A stretch of 45,442 bases of DNA from Candidatus Kerfeldbacteria bacterium CG08_land_8_20_14_0_20_43_14. GTDB taxonomy: Bacteria; Patescibacteriota; Patescibacteriia; PEXW01. Positions 43,845 to 45,442 of this stretch are shown in pieces (position 1 is the first letter of the stretch; the number at the start of each line of letters is the position of its first letter). The notes beneath the pieces were generated by a model. The model saw only the letters and a list, made by a program, of their open reading frames with translations. It had not been told where the DNA came from and did not search any database. A program made the position numbers and the translations under genes. The DNA lies in the NCBI GenBank assembly GCA_002774575.1, contig PEXW01000013.1:1-45442 (forward strand). Reading direction: 5' to 3'.

Positions 43845-45170
43845 ATGGCTAAAAACAAACCGCAAAAATTATTTAAATATTGTTTATCCGTTTTAATAAG
43901 CGGTTGTTTGGGTTTTGTGCTATTTCCAGCTTTTAGTTCAGCGCAACTTGGCAGCCAAAATATAAACACCAATATTGTAAATATAAATCAGGATTCTCCC
44001 GCCACTATTGATCCAAGCAGTTTAAGCACGGAAGAGCTTAACCAAAGCATCCAGGAAAAGCAGGATCAAAAAAAGCTTATTGAAGAAAAACTAAAAAAAT
44101 ACCAGGACATAATAGCTGAAAAACAAAAAACCCAAGCCAGTTTGAAAAACGAACTGGAATTGCTTGACGCTCAAATTGAGAAAAGCCAGCTTGACGCTCA
44201 AGCTTTGAATTTTACAGTTGAAGAAAAACAGCTGCAAATAAACGCCACCCAGAAAGCGATTTCAGAGAAAGAAAAAGAAATTGATAAGCAAAGATCTTAT
44301 CTTGAAGAATTAGTCAGAACCATTAACCGCTATGATCAAAGGGACCAGCTGGAAATGCTGATTACCCGTGATTCTTTTTCAGAAATTATCAATGACATTC
44401 GATCCACTTCAAAATTAGAAAACCAAGTTTCTGATTCTTTGACTGAAATCCGCCAAATAAAAAGCAATTTAGAAAGGGAAAGGGTTGAGCGAGAAAGACA
44501 AAAATTAGAATTGCAGTCTTTGCAAAAAGAACTGGAAGGCACTGTTGCGGGTCTTGGCGACCAAAAAGACTATAAAGCCAAAATCTTAGATGAGACAAAA
44601 TCAAACGAGCAGACTTACAGTAACCTGCTTGAACAGGCAAAACAGGAACAACTTACGGCTGATTATGACATCAGAAACTTGCAGGAAAAACTGAAGACCA
44701 AGTTAGGCGGGCAAAATACTAACAACTCTGACCAAAATACAATTTTTACTGGCAACCGAGATGTACAGCTTGCCTGGCCAATATCCCCAGGCAAAGGCAT
44801 TAGTGCGTACTTTCATGACCCAACTTATCCCTATCGCAAATATTTTGAACACCCGGCCATTGATATTCCGGCCAGCCAAGGTACTTCAATCGCGGCAGCC
44901 GATGATGGCTATGTGGCCAGAACCAAGAATGGGGGATTTGGATACAGTTATATAATGCTAGTGCATTCTAACAGCGTTGCCACAGTCTATGGCCATGTCA
45001 GTCAAATTAATGTGGCTGAAGATACTTATGTTAAGAAGGGTCAAATTATTGGCTTGAGCGGGGGACTGCCAGGCACACCCGGTGCAGGCAATCTTACCAC
45101 CGGAGCGCATTTGCATTTTGAGGTCAGGTTAAATGGCATCCCAGTAAATCCTCTTGACTATCTTCCCTGA
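43845..45170 (+). CDS. M23 (LytM-type) metallopeptidase with a long N-terminal coiled coil (EnvC-like architecture)
   Basis: Signal/TM segment, ~250 aa of heptad-like K/E/Q-rich sequence, then HPAIDI, a G.G-type turn and GAHLHFEV. Confidence 0.85.
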   Translation: MAKNKPQKLFKYCLSVLISGCLGFVLFPAFSSAQLGSQNINTNIVNINQDSPATIDPSSLSTEELNQSIQEKQDQKKLIEEKLKKYQDIIAEKQKTQASLKNELELLDAQIEKSQLDAQALNFTVEEKQLQINATQKAISEKEKEIDKQRSYLEELVRTINRYDQRDQLEMLITRDSFSEIINDIRSTSKLENQVSDSLTEIRQIKSNLERERVERERQKLELQSLQKELEGTVAGLGDQKDYKAKILDETKSNEQTYSNLLEQAKQEQLTADYDIRNLQEKLKTKLGGQNTNNSDQNTIFTGNRDVQLAWPISPGKGISAYFHDPTYPYRKYFEHPAIDIPASQGTSIAAADDGYVARTKNGGFGYSYIMLVHSNSVATVYGHVSQINVAEDTYVKKGQIIGLSGGLPGTPGAGNLTTGAHLHFEVRLNGIPVNPLDYLP

Positions 45171-45231
45171 TTAATTTATTTTTTATATTGGAGCGTTTAA
45201 AACTTCAGACATACACCGTTGTTTCGAGAAT

Positions 45232-45272
45232 CCCCCCCAAGCATGAAGCAAGTGCGAAGGGGGTTAATTTTT
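45232..45272 (+). terminator. weak terminator-like hairpin after the M23 gene
   Basis: A C-run (45232..45238) can pair with ggggg (45259..45263), followed by ttaattttt. The loop is long (~20 nt), so support is weak. Confidence 0.3.
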
Positions 45273-45442
45273 AGCCGCATCACCATGCATTGCATGACTA
45301 TACCTCTTAATAAAGTATACTTTCTCTATGCAACCACGAGAGGGGGTTATTTTGTTATTAATATTACTTTGTTTTGTTGAGTCGCACAATATATCTTAGA
45401 CGACACTTAATGATTAATTACATCAGACTCAAGCCAAAAGAC

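Noticed and set aside
45218-45240. gtttcgagaatccccccc, resembling a tRNA T-arm (GGTTCGAATCC)
   Set aside because: No 5-bp T-stem complement, acceptor stem, anticodon arm or D-arm can be drawn on either strand.
1-45442. Possible alternative genetic code (UGA recoding, as in some candidate phyla)
   Set aside because: TGA ends several well-conserved genes exactly at ATGA junctions with the next gene (pilM/pilN, pilN/pilO, murD/ftsW, ftsW/murG, murG/murC, GT26/gltX). No conserved protein needs read-through of TGA. TAA and TAG also act as stops, so the standard code 11 fits.

Overview
The window is 45.4 kb of AT-rich, tightly packed bacterial chromosome. Many neighbouring genes overlap by the 4 nt ATGA, and few start codons have a Shine-Dalgarno-like sequence upstream. 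The gene content suggests a small-genome, monoderm-type organism, most consistent with the Candidate Phyla Radiation/Patescibacteria; this is an inference. Supporting content includes a secretin-less type IV pilus cluster, a truncated dcw cluster, several GT-C/polyprenol-linked glycosylation genes, and many secreted or membrane proteins with no recognisable family. The standard genetic code applies, because TGA, TAA and TAG all end well-conserved genes.

Gene order:
- Minus strand: pilB-pilC-pilM-pilN-pilO plus a small tail ORF, then a GT-C glycosyltransferase.
- Plus strand: small membrane ORF-mraY-murD-ftsW-murG-murC, an antisense membrane protein, then murB-hpf-secA.
- An AT-richer islet: ASCH protein, orphan C39-like peptidase, and a gene interrupted by an in-frame TAG.
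- An L,D-transpeptidase with an FG-GAP repeat domain, then secD (carrying an inserted parvulin domain) and secF.
- A three-gene operon: sigma70-region-4/HARE-HTH protein, a membrane protein I cannot assign, and a VirD4/FtsK/HerA-class ATPase.
- A GT2 gene plus a flippase-like::DUF2079 fusion, then mnmA, an FN3/Asn-rich surface protein and a cyclophilin.
- def-fmt, a SemiSWEET-like gene, a PriA-like protein with degenerate helicase motifs, and a LigB-like protein.
- A secreted four-repeat wall protein, a GT26 glycosyltransferase, gltX and an M23 peptidase.

I found no rRNA, tRNA, CRISPR array, transposase or integrase. The best candidate for an undescribed system is the operon at 24827..29340. 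Other items worth a second look are the SecD::parvulin insertion, the motor-dead PriA, the synthase/flippase/GT-C glycosylation pair, and three structured non-coding islands (about 111..251, 29237..29340 and 36718..37301). All homology statements come from reading motifs by eye, not from database searches.
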